This document shows, one piece after another, positions 47,042-57,089 of a stretch of 64,000 nt of DNA. The stretch's first letter is position 1, and every line of letters begins with the position of its first letter. The position numbers and the translations under genes are program-made. Source of the DNA: Candidatus Eiseniibacteriota bacterium. Its GTDB lineage: Bacteria > Eisenbacteria > RBG-16-71-46. The notes under the pieces were generated by a model, which did not search any database, was not told the origin of the DNA, and saw nothing but the letters and a program-made list of their open reading frames with translations. The DNA is taken from positions 32,001 through 96,000 of the forward strand of contig JANMQY010000023.1 in assembly GCA_031370785.1 (NCBI GenBank), in the 5' to 3' direction.

Positions 47042-47940
47042 CAGCCGCCCGCCCGTTCTTCGAGCTCTTCGAGCGTACGCGGCCAGTCGCTGTGCAGCAG
47101 CCGCGACAGCGCACGGTCCGCGAGCAGCCGCCCGCCGGTCTGGCACTTCGCGCAGTAGTTGGTCTCGTTCTCGGCGTGAACGATCCGCTGCACCGGCGCG
47201 TCGCAATCCGGGCACGGCTTGCGATAGCGGCCGTGAACCGCCATGCCATCGCGAAACGCGGTGACGTGCTCGGGGAAGTCGTCGCCCGCATCCTGCCGCA
47301 GTCTTTCGATCCACCCGCGAAGCACATCGTGCGTCGCGGCGCGGAGGCGCTCGATCTCGGGATCATCGAGATTGCGCGTGGTCTGAAGCGGGGAGAGCCG
47401 CGCACGGTGCAGGATCTCGTCCGAGTAGGCGTTGCCGATGCCGCTCAGCAGGCGCGGGTCGGTGAGCGTGCGCTTGAGCGTGTGATTCTCGCGGAGAAGG
47501 GCGGCGCGGAACGCTTCGGGCGAGGCGTCCATCACCTCGAGCCCGCCGGCATCGAGCGCGCGCAGCGCGAGGTCGCCATCGAGCACGTGCAGCGCGGCGC
47601 GCTTCCTCGTGCTGGCCTCGGTCAGGGTCAGCGTGCCCGATGAAAACGTGAAGGCCGCGAGCCCGACGCGCCCCGGGACCTTCGCGCCGCGTGGGCGCCA
47701 GTGGAAGCGGCCCGAGATCATGAGGTGGAAGGCGAGCAGCAGGTCGCCCTCGAGCGCGATCGCGATGCGCTTGCCCTGGCGCCTGACGCCGCGCACCCTG
47801 CGGCCGAGCGCATCGGCAAGCGGCGGCGCCGCGGTGCGCAGAAGGTTGGGGCTCACGACGCGCGCCTCTTCCAGCGTCGCCCCGATGAGGCGACGCTCGA
47901 GATGCTCGACATAGATGGTGAGGTCGGGCAGCTCTGGCAT
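47041..47940 (-). CDS. Fpg/Nei family DNA glycosylase
   Basis: MPELPD, HLMISG, GIGNAYSDEIL, CxxC..CxxC zinc finger. Confidence 0.94.
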   Translation of the reverse strand: MPELPDLTIYVEHLERRLIGATLEEARVVSPNLLRTAAPPLADALGRRVRGVRRQGKRIAIALEGDLLLAFHLMISGRFHWRPRGAKVPGRVGLAAFTFSSGTLTLTEASTRKRAALHVLDGDLALRALDAGGLEVMDASPEAFRAALLRENHTLKRTLTDPRLLSGIGNAYSDEILHRARLSPLQTTRNLDDPEIERLRAATHDVLRGWIERLRQDAGDDFPEHVTAFRDGMAVHGRYRKPCPDCDAPVQRIVHAENETNYCAKCQTGGRLLADRALSRLLHSDWPRTLEELEERAGG

Positions 47941-48065
47941 CGCGCGAGATTAGCGCACCCGGGCGCCGCGGCCGAAGCGGCCGGGGCGGCGCCCGAGAGC
48001 TGGCCGGCCGGTCGTCGCGCGGCGCGCTTGACCCGCCACGCGCTCGCCGTGACCATGCGCGCACC

Positions 48066-49229
48066 ATGGACAAAGCCGCGGTGATCATCATCGGTGCGGG
48101 CGTGATGGGCGCAAGCGCCGCCTACCATCTGGCGCGGCGCGGCCAGCGGGACGTACTGGTGCTCGACCGCAGTAAGGGGCCGGGCGCGGGTAGCACCGGT
48201 GTCGCGACCGGCGGGTTCCGCGCCCAGTTCGCGACCGCGATCCATGTGCGGCTCTCGCTGCTCGCGCGCGAGAAGCTCCGCGCGTTCAAGGAAGAAGTCG
48301 GCGTCGATCCCGGTTACCAGCCGTCGGGCTACCTGTGGCTGGCGTTGACCGAGAATGAGCTGGCGACTTTGCGCGCCGCGCAGCGCGTGCAGCGCGCGGC
48401 CGGGCTGACTGAGGCGGTCGAGCTCGGGCCCAACGAAATCGCTCGGCTCAATCCCGCAGCAAACCTCGCTGGCGTGCTCGGCGGCGCGTTCTGCCCGAGC
48501 GACGGATTCCTGCGACCCATGAGCATCCTCGAAGGCTACATCGCCGGCGCGAGCCGACTGGGCGTGCGCTTCGAGTGGAGCGCCGAGGTGACCGGGCTCA
48601 CGCGCGACTCTTCAGGTGCGATCACGCGCGTATGCACTCCGCGCGGCGAGATCGCAGTCGGCGCGGTAGTGAACGCGGCGGGGGCGTGGGCAGGAGAGAT
48701 CGGCGCCCTCGCCGGCGTCGACGTCCCGGTGACGCCACTTCGCCGGCAGGTGGCTGCGACCATTCCAACCGAAGCGCTGCCCGCCGGTATGCCGATGACC
48801 ATCTGGCTCGGCAATGGTTTTCATCTGCGCGTGCGCGACGGCCGCGTGCTGCTGCTGATGCCCGTGCCCGGCGTCCCCGGACGACCCTGGGATACGCGCG
48901 TCGATCCCGACTGGATCGCTGTCGTGAGCGCCGAGGCTCACCGGCGCGTGCCGCTCCTGCGCGACGTGTTGATCGATCCCGGCGCGTGCCACGCCGGGCT
49001 CTACGAAATGACCGCCGATCGCCACGCGCTGCTAGGCTCGGCGCACGGTTGCCCCAACCTGTACCTGACCAACGGATCGTGCGGCCACGGGGTGATGCAC
49101 GCTCCGGCACTGGGCGCGCTGCTCGCCGAGATCATGTGCGACGGCGCCGCCTCATCGCTCGACGTCTCGTCGCTCGATCCGTCGCGATTCGCTGAGCAGC
49201 GCGCGAATGCGGTCACGGAGCTGCTCTAG
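48066..49229 (+). CDS. FAD-dependent oxidoreductase (sarcosine oxidase beta / DAO family)
   Basis: IIGAGVMGAS, VVNAAGAW, GHGVMHAPALG. Confidence 0.92.
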   Translation: MDKAAVIIIGAGVMGASAAYHLARRGQRDVLVLDRSKGPGAGSTGVATGGFRAQFATAIHVRLSLLAREKLRAFKEEVGVDPGYQPSGYLWLALTENELATLRAAQRVQRAAGLTEAVELGPNEIARLNPAANLAGVLGGAFCPSDGFLRPMSILEGYIAGASRLGVRFEWSAEVTGLTRDSSGAITRVCTPRGEIAVGAVVNAAGAWAGEIGALAGVDVPVTPLRRQVAATIPTEALPAGMPMTIWLGNGFHLRVRDGRVLLLMPVPGVPGRPWDTRVDPDWIAVVSAEAHRRVPLLRDVLIDPGACHAGLYEMTADRHALLGSAHGCPNLYLTNGSCGHGVMHAPALGALLAEIMCDGAASSLDVSSLDPSRFAEQRANAVTELL

Positions 49230-49330
49230 CATTTCGCGCTGTGACCTTGCCGAAGCGCGCGCTATGGTCGCGCCCTGCCGGCCGCACATATTCCGGCGAG
49301 TCTCGGGCGACGCTCCTCGAGGGGACACGC

Positions 49331-50917
49331 TTGACGAATTCTGTCGCGAAGCTTCCATTGACCCGTCTGGACGTGCTCGTGCTCGCGCTGGTCGCGTTGA
49401 TCGGCCTGCTCAACGTGCCCCTGCCGTTCACGTGGGATCAGGCGCTGTTCACGCTCGGCGCCAAGGCCTTGAGCCATGGGGCGGTGCTCTACCGCGACTA
49501 CTGGGACACCAAGCAGCCGGGCATCTTCCTGTTCTATCTCGCCGGTGGCCGACTGTTCGGGTTCAACGAGGTTGGCATCCATCTGTTCGAGCTGCTGTGG
49601 CAGCTCGCTTTTGCCGTGACCCTGATCGTCACGCTGCGGAAGTACTTCGACAACCGCGCGGTCGTGAGCCTCATGCCGCTGCTCGCGGTGGGCTTCTACT
49701 ACGCAGTCGCGGACGACGCCAAGATCACGCAGCTCGAGGCGGTGGTCGGCTTTCCGATATTCCTCACCCTGTGGGGTACGCTGCCGCGTGACGAACAGGC
49801 GCCGCCCGACCCCGGCCGATTCTTCTTCTCGGGGCTCATGGGCGGGATCGTGCTCGTGTTCAAGCTCATGTTCGCCCCGATCATCGCCGCGTTCTGGTTC
49901 GCGGCATTCATGGATGCGCTGACCAGGCGCCGCGCCACGTTCGGGCAGGCGGTGCTGCGCATGGCGCTTCCGGTCGCGCTCGGAGCGGCGATCCCACTCG
50001 GACTCCTCGTCCTTTACTTCCGCATGCACGGCGCGTGGGACCTGGCGTGGTGGACGTGGGTCCGCTTTCCGCTGCGCGCGGTGGCCGACACCAGTGCGTT
50101 TCGGCTGAGCGCTCTCGTCTCCGGGCTGGCGTGGTTCGTATTCCGCTTCGCGCCGCTGATGGCGGTTGCATTGGTCGGGACGGTCGCTTCGCTCGAGGGA
50201 CGGCGCGGCCTGATGACGGTTCAGATCGTCAACTGGTTCGTGCTCTCGTTCGTCGTGATCCTCTCTCAGCGGACGTCGTGGTGGCCGTACCAGTATCTGC
50301 TGCTGATCGCGCCACTCGGCATCCTCGCCTCGCGCGGGCTGGACTTCCTGTGGGGACTGGCTACGCCGCTCAAGGCGCAGCTCGGGGTGAACCGACTACG
50401 CGTGTACGGGCTGATCGCGCTTGCGCTGCTCGCCGGAAGCGCAATCGGCGCGCAGGGGCTCAAGACACTGATGCTCGCCCGCGACCGCTTCGCGCTTCAG
50501 CCGGCACAGCGGCTCCACTTTCAGTCGGCCATCGCGACTCAGATGCCGTACGAGCTGGTGCAGGCCGAAGACGCGTTCCTTCAGCAGCCCGATAGCAGGC
50601 CGGGTCCGATCTATTCGATCGCGAATCCGCTCTTCGATCTGTTCTCGGGTCGCGAGATGGCATCCGGCCACAACGCGGCGATTCTCATCCGAGTCATGAC
50701 GCGGGAGGAATGGCAGAAAATCGTCGATGATCTGCGCGCCCGCCCGCCGGCCTACATCTTCGTCGAGAAGCAGCTTTTGCCGATCCTTTACGAAAAGCCG
50801 GATCGGTCTGGGCCATTCCTCGAGCTGCTCGCTTCGAGCTACCCGTTGTGGCGCCACACCGATCGCGGATGGTGGTACGTGCGGGCGGATTCGACTCAAC
50901 AAGGAGGTGGCAGATGA
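49331..50917 (+). CDS. GT-C fold membrane glycosyltransferase (GT39/GT87-like)
   Basis: WDQALF, LYRDYWDTKQPG; multi-TM; TTG start after GAGGGG. Confidence 0.78.
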   Translation: MTNSVAKLPLTRLDVLVLALVALIGLLNVPLPFTWDQALFTLGAKALSHGAVLYRDYWDTKQPGIFLFYLAGGRLFGFNEVGIHLFELLWQLAFAVTLIVTLRKYFDNRAVVSLMPLLAVGFYYAVADDAKITQLEAVVGFPIFLTLWGTLPRDEQAPPDPGRFFFSGLMGGIVLVFKLMFAPIIAAFWFAAFMDALTRRRATFGQAVLRMALPVALGAAIPLGLLVLYFRMHGAWDLAWWTWVRFPLRAVADTSAFRLSALVSGLAWFVFRFAPLMAVALVGTVASLEGRRGLMTVQIVNWFVLSFVVILSQRTSWWPYQYLLLIAPLGILASRGLDFLWGLATPLKAQLGVNRLRVYGLIALALLAGSAIGAQGLKTLMLARDRFALQPAQRLHFQSAIATQMPYELVQAEDAFLQQPDSRPGPIYSIANPLFDLFSGREMASGHNAAILIRVMTREEWQKIVDDLRARPPAYIFVEKQLLPILYEKPDRSGPFLELLASSYPLWRHTDRGWWYVRADSTQQGGGR

Positions 50918-51030
50918 AGCGGCCGAAATCCAGGTCGTGCCCGACATCGTGGTGTTGACACTCAGGATCGAAACCTCCAACTCGGACCTGATGGCAGCCC
51001 GCGCCTGAGAATGACCGGCGCGTCCTGCTG
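50913..51030 (+). pseudogene. SIMPL (DUF541)-like gene fragment
   Basis: AEIQVVPDIVVLTLRIETSNSDLMAARA, then a 1-nt shift to (E)NDRRV; ATG after AAGGAGG is out of frame. Confidence 0.45.
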
Positions 51031-51294
51031 AGTGACCAGCCGAAGGGCCCGGAAGAACAGCGTCATCGCGACCAGCGCGTCGGTGGTGGCGAACGACACC
51101 GCGATCGCGATCAGGTGGATACGCTGCTGCAGCTCGTCGAGCCGGCGGATCGCTGCCACCGTGACGATGATGGCCCACGCGAGCGCGCCGGATCCGAGCC
51201 CCGCCATGAGGAGCTGTGGCGTCTGGGCGCGCGGAACCGACCACGCGATCGCGAGCGCGACGACGATCGCTGCGATGGCGGGAATCAGCTCCAT
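50962..51294 (-). pseudogene. Small membrane protein, probably truncated
   Basis: Three TMs with IRRLDELQQRIHLIAIAVSF motif; 3' end runs into SIMPL fragment. Confidence 0.45.
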
Positions 51295-51318
51295 CGCATA
51301 GCGCCGGTCGAAACAGCC

Positions 51319-52539
51319 TCACGGTCGATCCTGTCCCGTCCCCTCAACCTTCGCCCCCTGCGCGATCCACGCTCCAAGCGTCGCGCGTTCCTCGTCGGTC
51401 ATGCCGGTGAGGTTGCCGAGCGGCATGGTGCGGGTGGAGACGGCGCGCTCCAGGATCCGCGGTGCGAGCGCGTGGATGCGCTTCGGGTCCTCGAGGATGA
51501 TCCCGCTCGGCGCGGCGGGGAATGATGGGTTGGTGGGATGCGTCGAGTGGCAGGTGGTGCAGCGGCTCGCGAGGATCTCCTGCACTTCGACAAAGGTGAC
51601 CGTGGCGCCTCCTGCGGCGATCGCCACGCCGGCGGGCTGGCGGGAGGGATGCGCGGTGAGCGTGACCGCTCCGATCAGCGCCGTTGCGCCCGCGAGCATG
51701 AGCCAGCGATTGCTGCGCGTTCCGAAGTTCATCGCGTGCTTGATCGCCACCCCGACCAGCATGATCAGGGTCAGGATCAGCCAGTTGAGCGGATGGCCGA
51801 ACGTGCTCGGGTAGTGGTTGCTGAGCATGGTGAACAGCACGGGCAGCGTCATGTAGTGGTTGTGGGTGGAGCGCAGCTTGGCGCGCGCGCCGAGCGAGAC
51901 GTCGACCGGCGTGCCAGCTCGGGTCGCGGCCAGCATCTGGGTCTGCGCCGGGATGATGCGGCGCCACACGTTGGCCGCCATGATGGTGCCCAGAATCGCG
52001 CCGACCTGAATGAAGGCCGCGCGGCCGCTGTAGAGGCGGGTGAGTCCGTAAGTCGTGGCGATGACCAGCGCGCATGAGATGGTCGCGGCGAGCACGGGGC
52101 GGCGGGCGAGGGGCGAGCTCCACAGCGCATCGTAGATCAGCCAGCCGGCGACCAGCAGGCCGAGGCTGATCGCGACCGCGCCGCCGAAGCCGACGCCGTT
52201 CACGCGGTCCATCAGGTAGATTCCGCCGCCCATGTAGTAGGCGATGCCGAGCAGGAAGAAGCCGGTGATCCACGTGGTGTACGCCTGCCATTTGAACCAG
52301 TGGAGCACGCGCGGCATTTCGTGCGGCGCGAGGAATTTTCGCTTCACCACCTCGTAGAAGCCGCCGCTGTGCACCATCCACAGTTCGCCGGCCACGGCAC
52401 CTTCGCGCGGCTTCTCGGGGGCCTTGAGGCTGCTGTCCATCCACATGAAGAGGAACGAGTCGCCGATCCACATGATGGCGGCGATCACGTGGATCCAGCG
52501 GAACAGAAGATTCAGCCACTCGTTGAAAAAGGGCGGCAT
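51319..52539 (-). CDS. puuD: Urate hydroxylase PuuD (membrane domain plus cytochrome c)
   Basis: RWIHVIAAIMWIG, WMVHSGGFY, RSTHNHYMTLPVLF.MLSNHY, CTTCH, MPLGNLT. Confidence 0.92.
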   Translation of the reverse strand: MPPFFNEWLNLLFRWIHVIAAIMWIGDSFLFMWMDSSLKAPEKPREGAVAGELWMVHSGGFYEVVKRKFLAPHEMPRVLHWFKWQAYTTWITGFFLLGIAYYMGGGIYLMDRVNGVGFGGAVAISLGLLVAGWLIYDALWSSPLARRPVLAATISCALVIATTYGLTRLYSGRAAFIQVGAILGTIMAANVWRRIIPAQTQMLAATRAGTPVDVSLGARAKLRSTHNHYMTLPVLFTMLSNHYPSTFGHPLNWLILTLIMLVGVAIKHAMNFGTRSNRWLMLAGATALIGAVTLTAHPSRQPAGVAIAAGGATVTFVEVQEILASRCTTCHSTHPTNPSFPAAPSGIILEDPKRIHALAPRILERAVSTRTMPLGNLTGMTDEERATLGAWIAQGAKVEGTGQDRP

Positions 52540-52661
52540 GGGCGGCGCGATCTCCAGGGCCAAGGAGCTGCGGTCGGACGCGGGAGCATAAGGGAAGCTC
52601 GCGACGCGCGCACGCGGATGCGGACCTGCAGACGCGTTCCGCGCGGACGCCTCGCCTCACC

Positions 52662-52702
52662 AAAACGCAACGGCCCGCGGTCGAAACCGCGAGCCGTCGC
52701 GT
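52662..52702 (-). terminator. Intrinsic terminator after 52731-54008 gene
   Basis: Imperfect long GC stem with CGAA loop, then TTTT on minus strand. Confidence 0.55.
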
Positions 52703-52730
52703 GAGCGGGCCGTCGGGGGCGGCCCCTGAT

Positions 52731-54008
52731 TCAGGGCGAGACGACCAGGCTGTGCGTGAGCAGCCGTCCCTCAACGCTCAGGCGGGCAAAGTAGATGCCG
52801 CCCGGTACGCGCGTTCCCTCGCGGCTGCGCAGGTTCCAGGTGACCGCGTGGACGCCGGCCGGGAATCCGCCGTTCGCCAGGTCGACCATGCGCCGCCCGG
52901 TCACATCGAAGATCGCCAGCGAGACCTGGGCGTCGCGCGGAAGCGCGAAGCTCAGCAGCGAGCGCTCGATCGTGGGATTGGGGCGCGGCATCGCGAACGA
53001 AACTTCGCCCTGCGGCGAGTTTGCCGCGAACGCACGCCCCTCAGGCGGGGTGCGCTGCAGTGGCGCGGCCGCGGCTGGCGGCCTGTCGCAGCTACTGATG
53101 TGGATCTGCATGTTGCCGTCGGTGATGGTGACCGGATCCACCGTGGCCGGATTGCCGTCCACGTCCACCAGCAACAGGGTCGAGCCGTTCGGATTCGCCT
53201 GATTGGCGTAGACATGCAGGAAGTAGCGATCCTTCAGCGCGCCGTCGCGCTGGCCATTGCTGCCCGGCTCATTGCGGTCCTCGGCGCGCGCGAAGAAGTA
53301 CACGGTGCTGTAGTTCACCTTGTTGCCCTTGATCCCCTTGAGCGTGCCGGTGCCCTTGAACTCGATGAAGTTGAACGGCGTGGCCGGCGAGGTCGAACCC
53401 GGCGGGATCCCGTCGACGTTTCCGCACCGCACCACCTGGATGGCCTGGCCGTGGAAGTGCAGCTTCTCCCGGGCGGCGATGTGGTTCCATGAGCCGCCGT
53501 CACCGGCGGTCGGGCTGCACCCGGGGTTCACGTTGCCACCCCAGTTGTGATCTCTCGCGTAGTCGCCGACATTCGTCCCGGTGATCGGGCTGAACTTCGC
53601 GCCGCCGCCGGTCAGCCAGCAGAGGCCGCTGCTGCTGCCACTGGTGCAGGCCGGACTGTCGAGCACCCAGTCGCGGCTCAGCTCGAACTCGGTCGAGGTG
53701 GTGGCAAAGGCGTAGAAGCCGGAGCTCGGTGCGAAGACGGTCGTGCTGGCAGAGACTGCGGCTGTCGCCCGGTACTCGCGCGGTTCCTCGAGCAGGGTAA
53801 TGAAGTAATAGCCCGACTCGTCCGTGACGGCCGACGAGCTGAACGCCGAGCCGTTGTCGGTGGTGACCACGTCGATCTGAATGTTGGCGAACGGCAGCCC
53901 GGTGCCTTTGCAGATCACGTGGCCGGACAGATGCCATGCGAAGGCGGTGCTTACGCAACACAACATCAGCGCAGCCGCGAGCAGGCTGGCCTTCAACAGC
54001 GGGTTCAT
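52731..54008 (-). CDS. Secreted multidomain protein with C-terminal FlgD-Ig sorting domain
   Basis: GGAGG RBS; signal peptide; TDESGYY beta-sandwich; CWLTGGG domain; IFDVTGRR..WNLR..GIYF. Confidence 0.8.
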   Translation of the reverse strand: MNPLLKASLLAAALMLCCVSTAFAWHLSGHVICKGTGLPFANIQIDVVTTDNGSAFSSSAVTDESGYYFITLLEEPREYRATAAVSASTTVFAPSSGFYAFATTSTEFELSRDWVLDSPACTSGSSSGLCWLTGGGAKFSPITGTNVGDYARDHNWGGNVNPGCSPTAGDGGSWNHIAAREKLHFHGQAIQVVRCGNVDGIPPGSTSPATPFNFIEFKGTGTLKGIKGNKVNYSTVYFFARAEDRNEPGSNGQRDGALKDRYFLHVYANQANPNGSTLLLVDVDGNPATVDPVTITDGNMQIHISSCDRPPAAAAPLQRTPPEGRAFAANSPQGEVSFAMPRPNPTIERSLLSFALPRDAQVSLAIFDVTGRRMVDLANGGFPAGVHAVTWNLRSREGTRVPGGIYFARLSVEGRLLTHSLVVSP

Positions 54009-54529
54009 ACTTGCCTCCATTGGTGAGGCAGGGGGGCGATGAACGGTAGATGCGCGTGATTGCACGCTTAAACGCGATGCGTAGGTGACGGTTGGGGATC
54101 CGGAGCCGTAACCTCCTCTCTCTCTGGCCATGGGGATCGCGTGCGATCGCCTCAGGCGCCATGCCGCTTCGTCGGTGACGAAGTTCGGGGGAAACCATCG
54201 CACGGGGCATGGGGAGAGGGCGGCCCGCGACGACGTGAATATGATAGAACAGAATGAGGGAGCGAATCCATGGAGAGATGCATGAATTGAGATAGTCCGC
54301 TTCGCCGGGTCGCCGGGCGCCCGAGGTGGGGGCATCGGCTGGTCCGCGGGACGACGGCGGGGCGCTCGCAGAAGGCGGCGGTGCGCCGACGCGATCTTGT
54401 TGACGCGTGCCGGCGGGAATTCCGTAGCGCGGGTCTGCTACGATGCGTCGCGAACGGCCGCTGTTTGGTCACCCCAGGCATCCGAGTCATCCGGAGAGAG
54501 CGACCCCTGCCCCTCGTCATGTCGATTTC

Positions 54530-56065
54530 ATGACCCGCCCCGACTTTCGGACTGTCATTTCCGGTCTCCTTCTGGTGGCCGGTGCAACGGTGTTCGTTGT
54601 CCTGTTCGTGCGCCTCTGGCCGTTCATGACCGACGACACCTTCATCTCGGTGCGCTACGCGAAGAATCTCGTCGAGGGGCACGGGCTGGTCTACAACCCG
54701 GGGGAGAGGGTCGAGGGATACACGAACTTCCTGTGGACGCTGTGGCTTGCCATTCCACTGGCGCTGGGTCTTCCGCTCGCGCCTTTCATCAAGATCTCGA
54801 ACATGCTTCTGACGCTCGCGACCGCGGTCCTCCTGGCGCGCCTCGGAGCCCGGACGCTGCTCTCTCGGGATCCGAAGTCCGATGAGGCGCCGGACTCGGC
54901 GACGGGTATTTCGCTGCTCGCGATGCTGCCCGCCGCGCTGTTTCTGGCCACTCCGAACGTCGCGCTCGGAGCGGCCGATGGGCTGGAGACTGCGCTGTTC
55001 GGATTCCTGCTCATGCTCGCCACCTGGTGGTTCTTGAGCGAGTCCGTCGAGCGAAGGGTCCCGCGCTCCGGGCTGGCCCTGGCCGCGCTCGCGATGACAC
55101 GCCCGGACGGTGCGCTGTTCGCGGGGTGGTTCGTCATTGCGGCTCTCCTGCTGCGCAGGCCGATGGGGTACGTTGTCCGCCTCGCTGCGGTTTTCGGGAT
55201 CGTTTTCGGAACGTATTTCGCGGCGCGCGCCCTCTACTACGGGCACCTGCTCCCCAACACGTTCTATGCGAAAGGCGGCGGCGACACTCTGCTGCTCGAG
55301 CGCGGTTGGGCGGAGCTCAAGCGGTTCCTGGTCGAGAGCGGCGGGTGGGTGTGGCTGCTGATACCGGCCGCATGCATCCATCGCCGAACGCGCGGCGCAG
55401 CGATCGTGCTGTGCGGCGCCGTGGTGGTGCGCCTGCTCTTTCAGTTGTGGTCGGGCGGACCGTGGATGGGTCGCTACCGGTTCCTGATCCCGGCGCTCCC
55501 GATCGTGGACCTGCTGATCGTCGCGGGAATCGTCCAGCTGATCCGTGGGAGGGTCGCGCGAGTGATCGCGCTGACCGCGGTGTGCGCCGTGATCCTCGCG
55601 GCGGGCTGGGCGATCTATCCGCGCTGGGAAATGTTTTCACTCGGGTACGGCAGCGCGCTCCGTCGGGCCCATATGGCGCTCGGGCAGGCGATCTCCGCCC
55701 ATACCCGGAGCGATGCCGTCATGGCGATGGATGACGCCGGGATCGGACCGCTCGTCGCCGATCGTCGGAACATCGACATGCTCGGTCTCAATGATGAGCA
55801 CATCGCGCACCTTCCTGGACGCTACGCCGAGAAGTACGACGTTCCCTACGTGCTCGGGCGGCAGCCGGATCTGATCGTACTGCTCTCGCGCGTCGAGAGG
55901 CCCTCACGCGATGAGGACTTCAATCTGGTGGGGCACGCCGCGCTCTTTCGCGACGAGGAGTTCCAGTCGCGCTATCGCTTCGTTCGTTCGTACATGTTCG
56001 ATCTGGACTACTACCTGCTCGTCTATCGCCGGCTCGATTCGCTCGCCGTTCCCGCCGACTTCTGA
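54530..56065 (+). CDS. GT-C fold membrane glycosyltransferase (AftB/GT39-like)
   Basis: [55 protein letters not shown]. Confidence 0.82.
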   Translation: MTRPDFRTVISGLLLVAGATVFVVLFVRLWPFMTDDTFISVRYAKNLVEGHGLVYNPGERVEGYTNFLWTLWLAIPLALGLPLAPFIKISNMLLTLATAVLLARLGARTLLSRDPKSDEAPDSATGISLLAMLPAALFLATPNVALGAADGLETALFGFLLMLATWWFLSESVERRVPRSGLALAALAMTRPDGALFAGWFVIAALLLRRPMGYVVRLAAVFGIVFGTYFAARALYYGHLLPNTFYAKGGGDTLLLERGWAELKRFLVESGGWVWLLIPAACIHRRTRGAAIVLCGAVVVRLLFQLWSGGPWMGRYRFLIPALPIVDLLIVAGIVQLIRGRVARVIALTAVCAVILAAGWAIYPRWEMFSLGYGSALRRAHMALGQAISAHTRSDAVMAMDDAGIGPLVADRRNIDMLGLNDEHIAHLPGRYAEKYDVPYVLGRQPDLIVLLSRVERPSRDEDFNLVGHAALFRDEEFQSRYRFVRSYMFDLDYYLLVYRRLDSLAVPADF

Positions 56066-56081
56066 TGCATTCGCCCTGCCA

Positions 56082-57089
56082 CTATTTCCGGAGCAGGCTC
56101 ATCTGCCACAGGTCGCGGTCGCTCGCGCCGAGCAGCGGCTGTACCGCCAGCCGCCCGGTCGGGCCGATGGCATGTTCGAGGTGGCGAAGCTCGTCCAGGT
56201 CGGCGCGAACGCGCGGATCGGGCGGTAACTCGACCCCCGCAGCCCGCGCGATCAGAACTCCCTTCGCGCGCAACGAGAGCTCGAGGTGGATGCGCAGCAG
56301 GCTCAGCATGTCCGCGAGCACGATACCCGGGAAGCGGGTGCGCAGCGATTCGAGGTAGTCGCCGATCGGGGTGCCGCGCAGCTCGCCGCCCAGGATCTGC
56401 TCGAGCCGCTCGGCGTCGCCGTCGAGCCCCACGCCCAGCCAGTCGTGAGTGGCCCGCTCGCTGCGTTCGAACACAATCACCACGAAGATCGGCATCATCA
56501 CGATCAGCAGCGCGGTCGCGAGCAGCGGGTTCAGCAGGAGATGGTTGTAGAGAGAGTGCACGACGAAGGCGAGCGCGAGGCCGGGAAGCAGGAAGCGCAG
56601 CGCCTTCGATCGATGTCGATCAGTCAGGTCCTTGGCGATGATCCCGACGACGGCGGTGGTCGAGCCATGAAGCATCGCGGTTCCGAGCCCGCGCACGATC
56701 CAGGTGCCGGGATCGAATTGGCCGAGCGCCCATGCGTAGTAGAGGTTCTCGACCAGTGCAAAGCCCGCGCCCACCGCGAATCCGTGGATGCCGGCGTCGA
56801 CCGCGAAGCCGACGCGGTTGGTCCACACCAGTGCGAGCACGATGCAGCCCTTGAGCGTCTCCTCGATCGCCGGGGCGAGATAGCGCCGCAGCAGGACCGG
56901 ATCGGCGTGGGCGACGTTCAGCGCGAACGCGTTCAGGACGTAGGAGAGCAGCGAGGCCACCGCGCCGGCTGCGATCGAGAGCAGCACCGCGCGGCGCGAG
57001 ACCAGCTTGAAGCTGTCGAGCAGGCGAAGGCCGGCGAGGAACAGCACCACCGGGACCAAGCCAAGCAACAGCTCGAGCGGCGTGATCAC
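56082..57089 (-). CDS. prsW: PrsW family intramembrane protease
   Basis: APAIEETLK, GFALVENL, HGSTT, HSLYN; GTGA overlap with upstream gene. Confidence 0.85.
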   Translation of the reverse strand: MITPLELLLGLVPVVLFLAGLRLLDSFKLVSRRAVLLSIAAGAVASLLSYVLNAFALNVAHADPVLLRRYLAPAIEETLKGCIVLALVWTNRVGFAVDAGIHGFAVGAGFALVENLYYAWALGQFDPGTWIVRGLGTAMLHGSTTAVVGIIAKDLTDRHRSKALRFLLPGLALAFVVHSLYNHLLLNPLLATALLIVMMPIFVVIVFERSERATHDWLGVGLDGDAERLEQILGGELRGTPIGDYLESLRTRFPGIVLADMLSLLRIHLELSLRAKGVLIARAAGVELPPDPRVRADLDELRHLEHAIGPTGRLAVQPLLGASDRDLWQMSLLRK

